Positions 1 through 13,334 of a stretch of DNA of 64,000 nt are shown piece after piece. The translations under genes were made by a program, and so were the position numbers. The notes beneath the pieces are model-generated. The model was given only the letters and a program-made list of their open reading frames with translations. It searched no databases and had not been told where the DNA came from. The DNA is taken from assembly GCF_006345805.1 (NCBI RefSeq), contig NC_043005.1, positions 58,962,001-59,026,000 on the forward strand, read 5' to 3'. Position 1 is the stretch's first letter; each line of letters starts with the position of its first letter. This DNA comes from Octopus sinensis. Lineage: Eukaryota.

Positions 1-232
1 GGAAATGCTATGATAAATATGGGTTTCTCTCTTCTTTTTCCTCCTCTCATTCCACCATCATGGCTGTTTGAAACTGTGCATTGGATGTTGTTGCACGTGC
101 ATTTGAATACTTGACTATAATTGTCTTCAGGGAACACTTCATGGCTTTATGTTACAGAGAATTAATGTCTGAAGTTGGAAAGATGGTTAGACATCTTGTA
201 AGTTATTATGAGAGGGAATTGGAAAGAAAACA

Positions 233-272
<40 letters not shown>

Positions 273-913
273 TGAGACAAAGAAATAAAAGAAAGGTAGA
301 GAAGACAGGAAAGAGAAAGAATAGAGAGAGAAAGAGAGAGAGAGAGAGAGCATGTGAGAGAAAGACAAGACTGTGATTGAAGAAAGAAAGGCAAGACTGA
401 ATGAGACAACAATAAAAGGATAAAAAGCAAAAATGCAAAAATTTATAAATAGGAAATATACAAATAAAAAAATAAAAGTAATAAAAAAGTAAAAAAATAA
501 TTCATAAATAAACCTTATATATATACATATATATATACATATATATATAGACATATATATTTATTTGTAGATAGATAGATATAGCTAAATAGATAGATAA
601 ATAGATAGAGAGGTAGGTAGGTAGGTAGGTAGACAAATGAATGGATGGATGGAGGGATGGATGGATAGATGGATGGATAGATGGGTGGATGGATGGATGG
701 ATGGATGGGTGGATGGATGGATAGATAGATAGATAGATAGACAGAAAATTTACACTTGGAGCATCTACTTCAGAATTTCCAACAACTACAATTATGAAAA
801 CGTACATAAGAGCAACTGTTATAAATGTGTGTTTATTGTAATACATATATACATATGTGTGTGTGTTTGTGTGTGTGTGTTTGTGTGTTTGTGTGTTTGT
901 GTGTATGTGTGTG

Positions 914-956
<43 letters not shown>

Positions 957-969
957 ACACATATATATA

Positions 970-1772
970 CAAGGTGTGAAGGATAAATTGTCACCATTTT
1001 ATATTTTTGATTTCACGCATACACATTGTTTATTTTTGATTTTGTTGACTAGACAGTATAGTAGGGTCAGTTGGGCACCATCTGTTAGAAAAACTGTACC
1101 ATGATGCAATTCACTCGGCCAGAAATTTGGGAACAAAATGCTGTAGTGCTTGGCATTCAAGCCGGATGCCACAATATGAACATTTCAGACTGTTTGAGTG
1201 TCAATCTGAGGACAGGTACCGAGAGTGATAAAAATCAAACATCCAGTCAACATCTTGGTGTTTAGGGATATCTCTGACATGGCCTCAGAATCAACATCGA
1301 GGCCTACATCAAGTGCCTGGAGGAGATAGTACTGCCCTGGTCAAGAAGGTGACTGCTGGAAGACCCTATGTCTGGCAACAGGACTTTGCACCATACCACA
1401 CAAGCAGAAGAACCTGTCATGTCTGTCAGACAATTTCCGTGACCACATCACACCTAACATTTGGCCATCTACCTCCCCAGACTGCAACCCCCTTCATTAT
1501 TATGTGTGGGGCTCCTTGTAACACCAAAGAGGAACTGGAAGCAAGTATTAGGGCTGCATTCACCAACTTAAACAAGGAAACTGTCCAGAAGAGTTGCAGA
1601 ATATTCCAAAGCCAATTGGAGGCTGTGGTTAAAGCCAATGGCAATTTTATTGAATAAATTTACTCTTTAGTATTTCAAGATATTTTTATGTAATTTTGAT
1701 AATTATATCTGTTGAAATGAAATGTCAGTGATTTTTTCATTTTTATGTAGTTTAGACGGCAGCTTATTCACT
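970..1772 (+). mobile_element. Internally deleted Tc1/mariner-superfamily (maT/DD37D-like) transposon relic
   Basis: Frameshifted transposase: ..YIKCLEEIVLPW..GRPYVWQQDFAPYHTSRRT..CNTKEELEASIRAAFTNLNKETVQKSCRIFQSQLEAVVKANGNFIE*. Starts TA|CAAGGTGTG after a (TA)n run. Confidence 0.8.
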
Positions 1773-2527
1773 GCGAGAAATTGTTTTGTTAGCTTGTTAT
1801 GTACTTCTGTTTTTTTTATTTGCTATAGAAGGAACCCACAACATTTTTTAACCTGGTAATAGCAGTCAAATCTACCTCAAACTGCATCATGTCATTAAAA
1901 AAATTACAAAATAAAAACCACACTGAATAATTTAGTTCTAAAAATAGCAAAAGAAAAATGTGATAGTCACAATTTGAATATTATTCTTTGTATGTCTGCC
2001 TGAATATCAACAGTCTAAGGATCATCAACGATGATTTATTATAATTCAATTTACATATGACTGCTATTATGTATATCTCTGTGTGTTCGAAGTTCAAATT
2101 CTCTCTACTTCAAATCCCCAATTAATATTCTAAACCTAGAGCTTGAATAATACCTTATTTTCTGGCATACAAGTTGATGTAGTATACATTGTAAACATGT
2201 AATATAAATATTCAGTCATTGTCACAACTTTTCCAAATCCTGCTGAATTTCATGTGAACTTGTTGGTCCACCAAGGATGTCTAGGTGTTTAAGTCAACCT
2301 ACCTTTTATGACTGTAAATTCTAATCTGAAAAAGCTTGACGTGTATGCCAGAAAATATGATGTTGTCCAGTGTATATTATTTCTCTAAAGGAAAGAAAGA
2401 CATCATGGTTCAAATGAATTTGCTCATAGGTCTTTTCAATCAGGTATGACTTAAAGGTAAACAGCAAAATCATAGAAATGATTAAGGTCACAACAGAGGT
2501 ACATATTATTTTTTTTATTTCACTATA

Positions 2528-2697
2528 TGGAGTGGATCTGTGGTAAGTAGCTTGCTTACCAACCACATGGTTCTGGGTTCATTCCTACTGCATGGCACCT
2601 TGGACAAGTGTCTTCTACTATAGCCTCGGGCTGACCAAAGCCTTGTGAGTGGATTTGGTAGACAGAAACTGAAAGAAGCCCGTTGTATATATGTGTA

Positions 2698-2745
<48 letters not shown>

Positions 2746-2958
2746 ATATGTTTGTATGTCTATGTTTGTCCCCCAACATCACTTCACAACTGATGCTTGT
2801 GTGTTTGCGTCTCCGTAACCTAGCGGTTTGGCAAAAGAGACTGATAGAATAAGTACTAGGCTTACAAAGAATAAGTCCTTGGGTTGATTTGGTCGACTAA
2901 AGGCGGTGCCCCAGCATGGCCACTGTCAAATGACTGAAACAAGTAAAAGAGTAAAAGA
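2528..2958 (+). mobile_element. tRNA-derived SINE family A (octopus-type, bipartite with central AT/GT microsatellite)
   Basis: tRNA-like head (tggtaagtagc..gggttcattcc), gcaccttggacaagtgtcttct core, (AT)n/(GT)n middle and gtaaaagagtaaaagag tail; more than 12 copies in the window. Confidence 0.85.
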
Positions 2959-3169
2959 GAGACTATTAATTTTCTACTGCAGTTGCTGCTTCATATTCCA
3001 ACCACAACTAACAATTGATGGCCCAGTCAAACCCTTGCTTTGAATAAGTATTATTCATACGTTTCTTTACTGTATGAAACAAACTGAGGGTACAATTGAT
3101 TACAGTAATATTGATATGGTCTGCTGTTGAAGATGTCTAGGTTGTTGAGAGCATAATTTTAATTATGAC

Positions 3170-3445
3170 AGCCCATCATTGGGGATGACAGTGTTGATAC
3201 TGGACGTTCATCCTCATCCGCCCCCAACACATTTTTTTCTTGTGGGAGTAGATAGGGCTGACATGACCGATATGAGATATATAGATCCTGTGGCACTGAG
3301 GGCACTGAAAGGGACCCCAAACAACAGCTGCAGGGTGTTGATGGTGATGTGTCTTCCTCTCTTCATGCAGTCCTCAGCATTCAGATTCAAAGCTCTCCAC
3401 TCCTGCATCACACATGGAACCTCCATGCCTTCCAATTGTTGAGAA
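3170..3445 (-). mobile_element. RTE-clade LINE 3' end relic with C-terminal C2H2 finger
   Basis: Minus frame reads ..GVESFESEC*GLHEERK..GPFQCPQCHRIYISHIGHVSPIYSHK, like the RTE/BovB C-terminus (CPxCxR..RIGLxSH). Confidence 0.65.
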
Positions 3446-4180
3446 GCATATTGACCAAAAAAAAAAAAATGTCATATGTAAGATTGCAATGAAGGAAACC
3501 AGAAATTACACCTTTATATCCCATATTGAAATGTTAGGTGAAGGTAAATTCTTTAATGTTTTATCAATGTCTCTTCGAATTATCAAATCTTAATAGTATT
3601 TCCCTGAATATTACAAAATACTCACTTTCTTCCATTTTTTGGTTTTAATACATTTTAAAAGTTTCCTGGCATTCCGACTAGATTGTTATAGTAACAATCA
3701 ATATAGTTATAATTAATAATGTGTCTATCTTACAACAAGTATTCGAAAGTCTTTATTCTCTTTCATCAACTGTTATGACTTCAAATGATCGCAAAACTTA
3801 ATGTTCCCAAACGTCTTATTCTCTTCATTTAAAATCTTCACTAGATAATTTCTATCTGTTTCTTCAAGGAATCTCATTGGAAATGTCACAATAACAAAAT
3901 TTCAAGCATCATTAATTTTCTTTATGCCTGACCTAAGGAGCGAAGATCAGGTTTTCATTATTAATTCAATTCTTTAGCGTAAGAATTAATCTCAAGTGAC
4001 TTACTGACTTATATAGAAATCACAAAAGTTCTTCAATTCGCATCAAAGATATTTGTTTGAGATAGACAGACTGAGAAAACTTACACACACACACAACACA
4101 CACGTAACACATATGTACACCTGCATGCTCACATACACAACCAAACACACAGACACAAACATACACACACACAAATACAC

Positions 4181-4221
<41 letters not shown>

Positions 4222-4222
4222 T

Positions 4223-4255
<33 letters not shown>

Positions 4256-5680
4256 TATATAATATATATATATATATATCAATAGCAGAAGTGATCATAG
4301 TGTGAACAAAAATGGAAATTGAAAATAGCTTCAGAATATTTGAATAAAAGGAAAAATTGAAATTGTATAAACCATAGATGAAATACAATGGATAAGAATA
4401 TGAACTTATGTTCAGAATCTTTAGATGTAGAATCCATACCAGCACCGAGCTAGGGTAAAAGAAAGAAACTGAAAATAGACAAGTGACTAAATTATTAGTG
4501 TCATAGGTTTCAAGTTTAAATCTCTTACATGTCTTGCTTCTTGTTATGCATTTAGGATGTATACTTAATTTTCCATGCTTCGTTTAACCAAGCTACCAAT
4601 GGAATCGGAACTTTTAAGTTCAGAATGTTACCCGAGTTCAAATAGCATTCTCTCTATGTACCTAATTGTCTTTCATCTGCTTAACGTATACGGAACCAGA
4701 GCGAAGCCCATTAAGACTTCAGAAAAGTATCTACAATGATTACGCTCAATTTTTTACTATTGAACCTGGCTGGGTTGATTGGTTTGAAGGCTTTGTATCC
4801 TACCAGTGCTACTGTACATATAACTATTCATGGATCAGTGCAGTCTGTTGTTATAGTCATTGTTAATGTTTAATTCCAGGTTAACTCTGTTGAGCAGACC
4901 TATACTCAAAAACATTCCACTCATGACTGTCATGTCTTTATGGAGGTATGCAGGACTACATGATCCAATGTGTCTTTCCATTTTACATCAGAGTAGGCTG
5001 TGATTTAAAGGAGATTCAGCTGCTCTTTCTAGCAGGTCAAGCAGCCATGTAGAGGCCTCCTACATTTGATTCAGCATTGAAAATCTGTATGTAGGGAAGG
5101 GTTAGTTCACTTCTGGAAGTATCAGCAGAAATCTGTTTTTAATTTCTTTGCATAAGAATAAGGTGTGATTTAAAGGAGATTTGGCTGCTCTTTTTAGCAG
5201 GTCAGGCAGCCATCTAGAGATGGGAAGGGTTAATTCACTTTGGGAAGTATCAGCAGAAATCTGTTTTTAATATCTGTTTATTGTACACAATGTCAATATT
5301 TGTGTTTATTTCATTGAGTTTACTTTTTCTCAAGGGATGAAAGGCCAAGGAAAACTTTGGCAGGATTTCAGTTCACACAACTAATTCATCAAATAGTTAT
5401 GGCCAACCCGTGACCCCCACCTCTCTGCTCCACAAAGAAAAACAAAAAAAAAAAACCTTTTGAAAGGAAAAAGCCAAATGAGGAGGTCTCTGCATACTTG
5501 CTTGATTAGTTAGAAATAGCAGCCAAATTTCCCTCAAATTACACTGTAACATCTCAAAAGCTGTGTATGACATACTGGTTAATATAATCCTAAATCCACA
5601 ATGCTCTAGGAATGGGTGAAACAGTCTTAAGTGAAATGAATTTCATTATAATCCTGTTCTAATGGGGTTGACCTGAGGCT

Positions 5681-6011
5681 TAAAAAAAAAAGACTCCGCC
5701 GGTTACGACGACGAGGGTCCCAGCTGATACGATCAACGGAACAGCTTGCTCGTGAAATTAACGTGCAAATGGCTGAGCATTCCACAGACACGTGTACCCT
5801 TAACGTAGTTCTCGGGGATAATCAGCGTGACACAGAGAGTGACAAGGCTGACCCTTTGAAATACAAGTACAACTCATTTTTGCCAGCTGAGTGGACTGGA
5901 GCAACGTGAAATAAAGTGTCTTGCTCAAGGACACAACGCGTCGCCGGGAATCGAACTCACAACCTTACGATCATGAGCCGAATGCCCTAACCACTAAGCC
6001 ACGCGCCCTCA
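5681..6011 (-). mobile_element. Young tRNA-derived SINE family C with 12-bp TSD
   Basis: Minus strand reads gagggcgcgtggcttagtggttagggcattcggctc..gttcgattccc (A/B boxes) with a tgtgtccttgagcaagacact core and retained CpGs. TSD TGACCTGAGGCT at 5669-5680 and 6012-6023. Confidence 0.9.
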
Positions 6012-6199
6012 TGACCTGAGGCTAAATAACAAGATCAATAGCATACTGTGAATGGTACCAAAGGGAAATAGTCTAATGTGGTATATCTTAATAATTCCTG
6101 CTAACTTTGGTTCATTGTTATTCTTTTTAAAGATTCTTGATGCTCAGACACCTAAGGGATTTTTATATTCCTCTGTGAAGCTGAAACAATTTGAAGATA

Positions 6200-7090
6200 T
6201 TCTTTTATTTGTTTCAGTCATCTTGACTGCGGCCATGCTGGAGCGCTGCCTTTTTTAGTCGAACAAATCAACCCCAGGTCTTATTCTTTGTAAGCCTAGT
6301 ACTTATTCTATCTGTCTCTTTTGCTGAACCGCTAAGTAATGGGGACGTAAACACACCGACACCAGTTGTCAAGTGATGATGGGGGGACAAACACCAAACA
6401 CAAACACACATACACACACAGACATACACACGCCCACATACGCACACACACAGACATACACATGCCCACATGCACACACACACACACACACACCACACAC
6501 ACACACATACACACACACACACACACACACATACATATGATGGGTTTCTTTCAGTTTCCGTCTACCAAATCCACTCACAAGGCTTTGGTCAGCCCAAGGC
6601 TATAGTAGAAGACACTTGCCCAAGGTACCACACAGAGGGACTGAACCCGGAATCATGTGGTTGGTAAGCAAGTTACTTACCATGCAACCACTCCTGTCAG
6701 TCATGGGACTGTGGCCATGCTGGGACACTGCCCTGAAAGATTTTAGTCTATCAAATCAACCCCAGTCCTTATTTTTTGTTATGTCTGATACTTATTCTAT
6801 CAACCTCTTTTGCAGGACTGCTAACTTACAGGGGCATAAACATACCAACAAGGTTGTCAAGTGATGATGGGGGACAAACACAGACACAAAGACTCTTACA
6901 CATAGGTATATAAACATACATATATGTGACGGTCTTCTTTCAGTTTCTGTCTACCAAATCCACTCACGAGGCTTTGGTTGAGGTGAGGCTATAGTTGAAG
7001 ACATTGCCCAAGGTTCCTCACAATGGGACTGAACCTGAAACCATGTGGTTGGAAAGCAAGCTTCATACCACATAGCCATACCTGCCTCTA
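6200..7090 (-). mobile_element. Two head-to-tail SINE-A copies (younger 6200-6695, older 6696-7090)
   Basis: Reverse complement of the family A consensus occurs twice, with a junction at ..ccactcctg|tcagtcat. Confidence 0.85.
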
Positions 7091-7385
7091 TATATATTTA
7101 TAAACACCTACATACATTTCTTTGTGTTTGTCTAACTACCCATGTTTCTTTCTTCTTTCTTTCCTTACACTATGACCAATCTGTGTGTGTGTGTGTGTGT
7201 GGGGGCATGTGGCCTAGTGTGTTGCATTCGTGATTCTTAAGATTGCAGTTTCTATTCCTGAATGAGATGATAATACATTGTATCCTTGAGCATTTCACAT
7301 TGTTTCTAATCCACTCAGCTGGAAAAAACAAGCAATCCTCTGACGGAGCGATATCCTGTCCAAAAGGTAAATATATATATATATA

Positions 7386-7899
7386 TCTATATATATTAAA
7401 ACTGTAGTTGTGTGAGTGTCTGTCCCCTTCAATTTAGATTCCTAACTACTCTCACATTTTGCGGTGCAGTTTAACCAAATTCGGGTATCTTATAGTCGTG
7501 ATTCATATTGAGCCTGTCTGAGTATTAGCGCGCGTCTACGATGAGTATACGATTTTAAAAATAATTTAACATCATTTTTTATTCCATTTTAATGCATAAT
7601 TTTTCGTGTGTCGATGGCGGCGGAGTTGGCGTCCATGGTCACACCTGCACCTGTTTGCTTCTCCCTCTTCTTCCCTCCCTCGTGAAGCTGTGGGGAAGGG
7701 AGTGTAAGGAAATCAACGTCGTAAAGCGTTGTCAAGGAGACCAGCGTTCTTTTAGAACAACGACTTCATGGCTTGAAGACACCAAAACAGAAATGGCTAA
7801 GAAAGCCCGAATTGGCATCTATAAGGGAAGTAACTCTCTAAAAATGCTTATATAGTTATTTCCCTTACAAACCCGAGCAACGCCGGGCGATACTGCTAG
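7386..7899 (+). mobile_element. Non-autonomous Helitron
   Basis: 5' A^TCTATATATATTAAAA, 3' hairpin CCCG-agcaacgc-CGGG (7872-7887) followed by CTAG^T, inserted between A and T, no TSD. Confidence 0.85.
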
Positions 7900-8899
7900 T
7901 ATATATATACATCATTAAATCTGGAAGACCAGTCTTATGAGCCTATGATTTGGGAACAACCTTTGATCCTTTTCTTTGATTCAATGTGTATTTTTGTTTT
8001 GGTTTTTTTAAGATGGAAGTAGCAAATTCCCAGAATAACTAGAATCACTGGGCAGGCAATAGAAAGCAGGTAATGGAAAATCCTCTTTGTAGTCTTCATG
8101 GCTTTTGTCAGTGAAGTTACCAAAAATCTGATTTCTGTCTCACCCATATGATGTTTATCTTTGTCTTATATAGAACATTAAATTATCTAGGTTCTTTTAA
8201 CACAATCTCAGGCTGTACCAATTTCTTGCTTCTCATTTCTTGCCTTATACCTTGAATAAGGGTATATATCCCAAATGGGATATTTCCTCTCAGTGAGGAA
8301 CAGTTTCAACTGACCAGGGTTTTACAGAACAAGGGTATACCATCTCCTTTTGAAGTGTGCATTATATAGCTTATTGGAACACAGGATGCCTTTGTTATGA
8401 AAAAATTTTTTTTTCTAATCTTAAAGGAAGCAGTATTGATCCCATTGAAGCATGAAATCAATATCCACCAGCATATGGAATATGTTCATACTGTCATTAA
8501 TTCAAATAGCCTAATCAATAGAGACCAGCAGTGGCGATGGAAAATTCATAATGCTTTTGCTGGATCAAAGGTGGGAAACTTTTGATTAGTTGGGCAATCT
8601 GATAGTGAGCAGAGACTGAAAAGAAGAAGGCAATGGTTAACAATTTTTTTTTTTATTTTTGCCAACAAAATTTTATGGACATGAAGAACACCATTAAAAG
8701 AATAATCAATATGAAGCTGAAAGGTGGAACTACCTAGTTTGTGAGTCACCTATGCATTAACAGGACTAGAGCATCATCAGATCACTCAGAGTAGGTCTAG
8801 AGTTGGTGACGCTGGTGGCTTAAAGCCTTGAGAAATTTTACTGCTTTTACCAATTCTCAAGAAGTCCTTTCATTATTAAGCATGTATCTGACTCATATA

Positions 8900-9010
8900 T
8901 TGTTCGCTTTCCAGACATTTTTACATTACTGCATGTACTTTATATGCACTTTCTGACAAGTTGTGGTGCACCTGAGCTCTATATACAATAATTTCATTAT
9001 TCATTATTAA
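8900..9010 (+). mobile_element. CR1/L2 LINE 3' tail fragment
   Basis: tgcactttctgacaagttgtggtgcacctgagctctatatacaataatttcattatt matches the 3' UTR and (ATT) tail of the CR1 at 43386-44628. Confidence 0.6.
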
Positions 9011-9039
9011 GTTACTGATGTAACCAGCATCAAAAAGAA

Positions 9040-10130
9040 AGATTTGTGTTTTATAGGTGTGGATACAGCTGGAACTTGTATTGTAGAAACAATGGCTCAA
9101 AGAAAACTAGACTCTGTGAAGATAGATAAAGATAGAATAAAAGTTGAGATTCTGGGAATTTGTGAAATAAAGTGGACAGGAGGTGGGACACTTTTCTATG
9201 GCTTAATTACAAAATATGCTCCACAGAAAATGAGATACATTCAAGAAATAGAGTGACAATGATGCTTAACAAAAATGTCAAGAGTTTTGCATAGAATATG
9301 GTCGAATCTTAGCAGTGTGATCACAGGGATGATCTAGAAATTTTACTTTCTGTTCAATGACTTTGGAAACAAGGGAAGAAAGCAATGCAATTTCTTGAAT
9401 CCCCTTCAGCCAGCAATTAATAATATTCTAAAAGGTGATGCATTCTTAATTATATTTGATTTCAGTGCAAAAATTGAAGAGAATGAAGAATTAAATAGGG
9501 AAGATAAAATAAGGATTAAGAGCCAAGAATGAAGAGAGAACTAAATTTACAGCACATGATGTATCTGAAGAGAAGATCTACATTGGTATTACTTGGCAAA
9601 TAATGTAATAAAATTAATTATGTAGTCTCTGCTAAGAAAAAAAAAAGAGAACTGTTCAGGCTGCCAATACTATGTTAAGAGGTTGATAATAAAAGTGTTC
9701 ATTGCCTGCTCATTTCTATGATCAAATTAAAACTGAAGAAACTAGAAACAAAGGACCTGAGGGATACTATCTTCAGAATAACCTGAAAGCTATACTGAAG
9801 AAGTCAAAAACCCAAGTTGCAGTCATTAATAACATTGATGGATATTCTAATGAGCTGCAGCAAGAATTGCAATAAATTGTCCTATAAGTAGCTAGAAATT
9901 ACCTCTCATAAAACAAAGAAGAAATGCAAGGAAGACCGAATAATGGACTTAGTGGATGGTGTTATGAAATTTGGAAGACTGAAAAGGAACTTAGTCATGC
10001 ATAAAATAAAATAAAAAAGATCAATTATATAAAGAAGAAAAGTAAAGTGGAATGGAAAAAGAAAATCAAGAGAAAGAGAGGTTTAGGAACCATTCCAAGA
10101 AAACAGAATAAATTACTACAAAATTTATCC
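9040..10130 (+). mobile_element. Decayed RTE-clade LINE, AP-endonuclease region
   Basis: GTCIVETMAQRKLDSVK..IKVEILGICEIKWTG and ILKGDAFLIIFDFSAKI are degenerate GTWNVRT, ILGxSExKWTG and GDFNAK motifs; many stops. Confidence 0.65.
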
Positions 10131-10179
10131 CGACCCGTACACAAATGGAATGTTCTATATCCTTGTTCATACATATATA

Positions 10180-10670
10180 CTAAATAGGTTGTAAGTGAAG
10201 CAGACTGAGTCTTTTAGACTCCATAAGTGTAAAGAGGTATCATTAATTTCTGTACGTGTTCATGCATTAATAGTGTCAGCTGCACATTTCTGATAATATG
10301 AACGAAACCTGTTTATCAGTCGGTTAAGCAAATTTTGAATTCCATATGTGTAACATTTGTGGACATACTTACAAAATCATAAAACACAGCACCCATGACT
10401 TTTGAAAACATTTTTTTGCATGCTCAGAATTGCTGAAGCATGGAATGAACTCCCTGCATCAATTGTTAGTTGTCGGGACATGACATCCTTCAAAACTTCC
10501 ATACTTCCTGAAATTTGCCAACAGTTCACCTAATGCCCCTCCCCTCCTTTTTCTGTGATTTATTCACTGTTCAATTTCTTTGCATAATTCTATGTACTGT
10601 CCATGCACTTTCAGCTATCTTTTCGGATGAGTTGTAGTGTACCTGAACATTGTATACAATAAGTTAATTA
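10180..10670 (+). mobile_element. CR1/L2 LINE 3' fragment
   Basis: ..cccatgacttttgaaaacatttttt..ctcagaattgctgaagcatggaatgaactccctgca.. is homologous to the end of the CR1 ORF at 43459 and 63200. Confidence 0.75.
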
Positions 10671-11259
10671 TTATATCATACTAGCTGGCCCTATGCCATA
10701 AAAAATTATGGCTAATTGTAGTATTTTATATATAAATAAAGTACAAAACCAAGTTTTTAGTTTAATAATTCTTTTATTACCAAATGTTTTGTGAAAAATC
10801 TCTCTGCAACTAACATCCTTTGACTGCTTGTTTCCTTCAAAAGAATTTTTAAGTTCCTTCCTTCATGTATGACTTAAGGCCACATAATGCTGGCTGTGGC
10901 TAAATACAGGATAGAATATGGATTGTAAATCAAATTAATACACTTGTCAATGTTAGCTAGTGGTTGTCTTTTGAGATGTGACAGCGATCATCATTTGTTA
11001 CTGAAAAAACACTGGTTCACACATACAAACATACACACACTTCCCTTGTACATGCGCAGACATACACACATATACTCACACAGAGTTGGAACACTGATTT
11101 TTTTTGTCATTCTAGAATTTCCATCATCCCACTACCAAATTTGCCATTACCCCTTCCTTCCTTATTCCTCTATCACCCCTTTCTTTCTCATTCATTTGTT
11201 GTGGCAGAGAAAAACACTAGTGTATTATTATAGTAGATCATCATTTATGAACTTTCTAT

Positions 11260-11460
11260 GGTGGCAAGCTGGCAGAATAGTTAGCACGTCGGGCAAAATG
11301 CTAAGTGATGGGATTTGAGCTCAAATTCCACCAAGGACAACTTTGCCCTTCGTCCTTTTGGTGTTGATAAATAAGTACCAGTTGAGAACTGGGGTTGATG
11401 CAGTTGACTGATACCCTCCCCCAAGCTTACTGGCCATGTGCTAAAATTCAGAATCATTAT
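11260..11460 (+). mobile_element. tRNA-derived SINE family B (Nin/Deu-like domain)
   Basis: gctggcagaatagttagcac..gagctcaaattcc..ctttgcccttcgtccttttggtgttgataaataagtaccag. Confidence 0.7.
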
Positions 11461-11552
11461 GTATGTACTTTCTATTAGGATACAAGTCATCTTTATATTT
11501 CATCCTTTGTTAAGTGAGATCACAGGCATGGCCAATGTTTGTAACTGGCAAG

Positions 11553-11726
11553 CATGCCAGTGGTATGTAAAAGTGCCTGCTACACTCTTGAAGTAGAAGG
11601 GCATCCAGCTGTAGAAGCTATGCTAAATCAGATTGCAACCTGGTATAGTTCCCCCATCTTACCAGTTTTCAGTCAAACCATCCAACCCATGCCAGCACGG
11701 AAAATGGACATTAAATGATGATGATG
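11553..11726 (+). mobile_element. (ATG)n-tailed non-autonomous retroelement, short copy
   Basis: gaagggcatccagctgtagaag..ccaacccatgccagcacggaaaatggacattaaatgatgatgatg. Confidence 0.75.
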
Positions 11727-12336
11727 AAGGTCAATATAAAAAGTACCATTTGGGGGCAGTGAATTGTTTAAAACATTGGATGGGCTCCTTGCAGCAGTGT
11801 TGGTTCTAGCTTATTGCATTCTGAGTTCAAATCTTACTATGGCCTACTTGGGGTGGTTGAGTTAATCTATCACCTGGTTTAAAACCTGGTTCTAGCTAGC
11901 ACCCTAGGTGCCTTTAGCAGAATCTATTTTGTTGCGAACATTCAGGTCAGCCAAGTCTCAAGTTTATAGATGCCTTCCTCTCTCCATTCCTATTAGTCAT
12001 GGAGGCCTTGTAAATGGTCAAGAGCACTGCCTTATCTTTCTGATTAAAAGATAATAAATAAACGATAAAAATCACTAGCTGTTAGTAGTACCATTTGAAC
12101 TCTTCATCTGGCAGTTTATAGATCAGTATCTTAACAAACCTGACACTTACTGGAACTCGGAGCCATTCATTATTCATTGCTTCTTGCCTTTAGTTTTATC
12201 ACAAGAAATTTTGGAAACTTTGGACAATATCATTTTTAGCCATATAGTAATGCTCTGTTCATTTCAGCAGCTGTGATATGACTTGGTTATGTGTTTGTTG
12301 AAAACTAATATATATTATATCATATTATATTATATC

Positions 12337-12374
<38 letters not shown>

Positions 12375-13334
12375 TGTATGTATGTATGTATGTATGAATA
12401 TATGTATAAAATAAATGAAGAAAATAAAAGAAAAACACCATTTTCTGGAAGCTTCTTTTATATCAGAACAGATTGCTTGAAAACAATTTCTTATCTTTGA
12501 AGACATTGACTGGGAGGCTTTAATCACCTGCATGCTCAATTTTCACACCAGTTTCATTTCACCATTTCGCCATTTCACACTTCTTTCTTTTTCCTCTTCT
12601 TCTTCTTCTTCTCCTTCTTCAGTGGTTCACTTTATCAATTCAGCAGCTTTCTTCTTGAAAGCTCTGTCAGGAAAGTGTCAAAAATGAGACCAAAAACAAA
12701 AAAAAAAATAATAAACAAAAAAAAAAATTACTAATAAAATAAAATGAAATAAAATAAATAAACCGAAAAGTAAACAAATAAAAGCCGTTCTCACTTTATT
12801 AAGAAACATTTATTCTCATACTCTGCCATCATTTACTGCTGTGGTGATACTTCTTTCACCTTCTCCTCAGCTCACTTTTCAGATATAAGATTATGTCTTT
12901 TAAGGTACCACAACTCATTTCTTTAATAACGTGTTGATTCCATGAATTATAGGTTTCTTCCTTTATGTATAATGGATCTTTCAGTCTTGTCACAACCAGC
13001 AATAATGGAATGGAATTTTAATCAAGTAAATATCCCAGAAGAAATACCTGTGGGGGATTTGAATTCAAGACCAATGAGCTTGTTGTCCAATAGTCTATTT
13101 ACATTGCTAAACTGGGGTGTAGCACCCTGCTAGAAATAGATACCAAATTTCCTTATATCATATCCAACCACTGTTTCAAAAAGAAAGGAAGGATATTGGA
13201 TCATATAATTGGAGATACACTTTCATAGCAAAAAATTAGGGTGGTGCTAAATGGAAGAACTTCAATCATTGGTCTGCTCAGTCAGGTAAAATCTGGAACT
13301 CAACAACATCATCATCAACAACTGAAGAAGACCC

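Noticed and set aside
81-197. Open frame ending at a GTAAGT donor (..EVGKMVRHL)
   Set aside because: In-frame stop at 69-71, and no resemblance to the expected upstream CFAP65 exon.
2321-2530. Minus ORF with a TM-like segment
   Set aside because: It is the antisense of a dispersed AAC-tailed repeat (also near 1850, 5500, 13130 and 57000) fused to a SINE head.
3500-4760. Protein-like but stop-riddled minus frames (also 12080-12680, 21930-22290, 37000-37560, 42280-42470)
   Set aside because: Probably very old TE ORFs (some RTE- or R4-like), but the motifs are too degraded to assign without a profile search.
5930-6011. tRNA-like sequences at SINE heads (also 34252, 57195)
   Set aside because: They continue into SINE bodies and lack a complete cloverleaf, so they are not tRNA genes.
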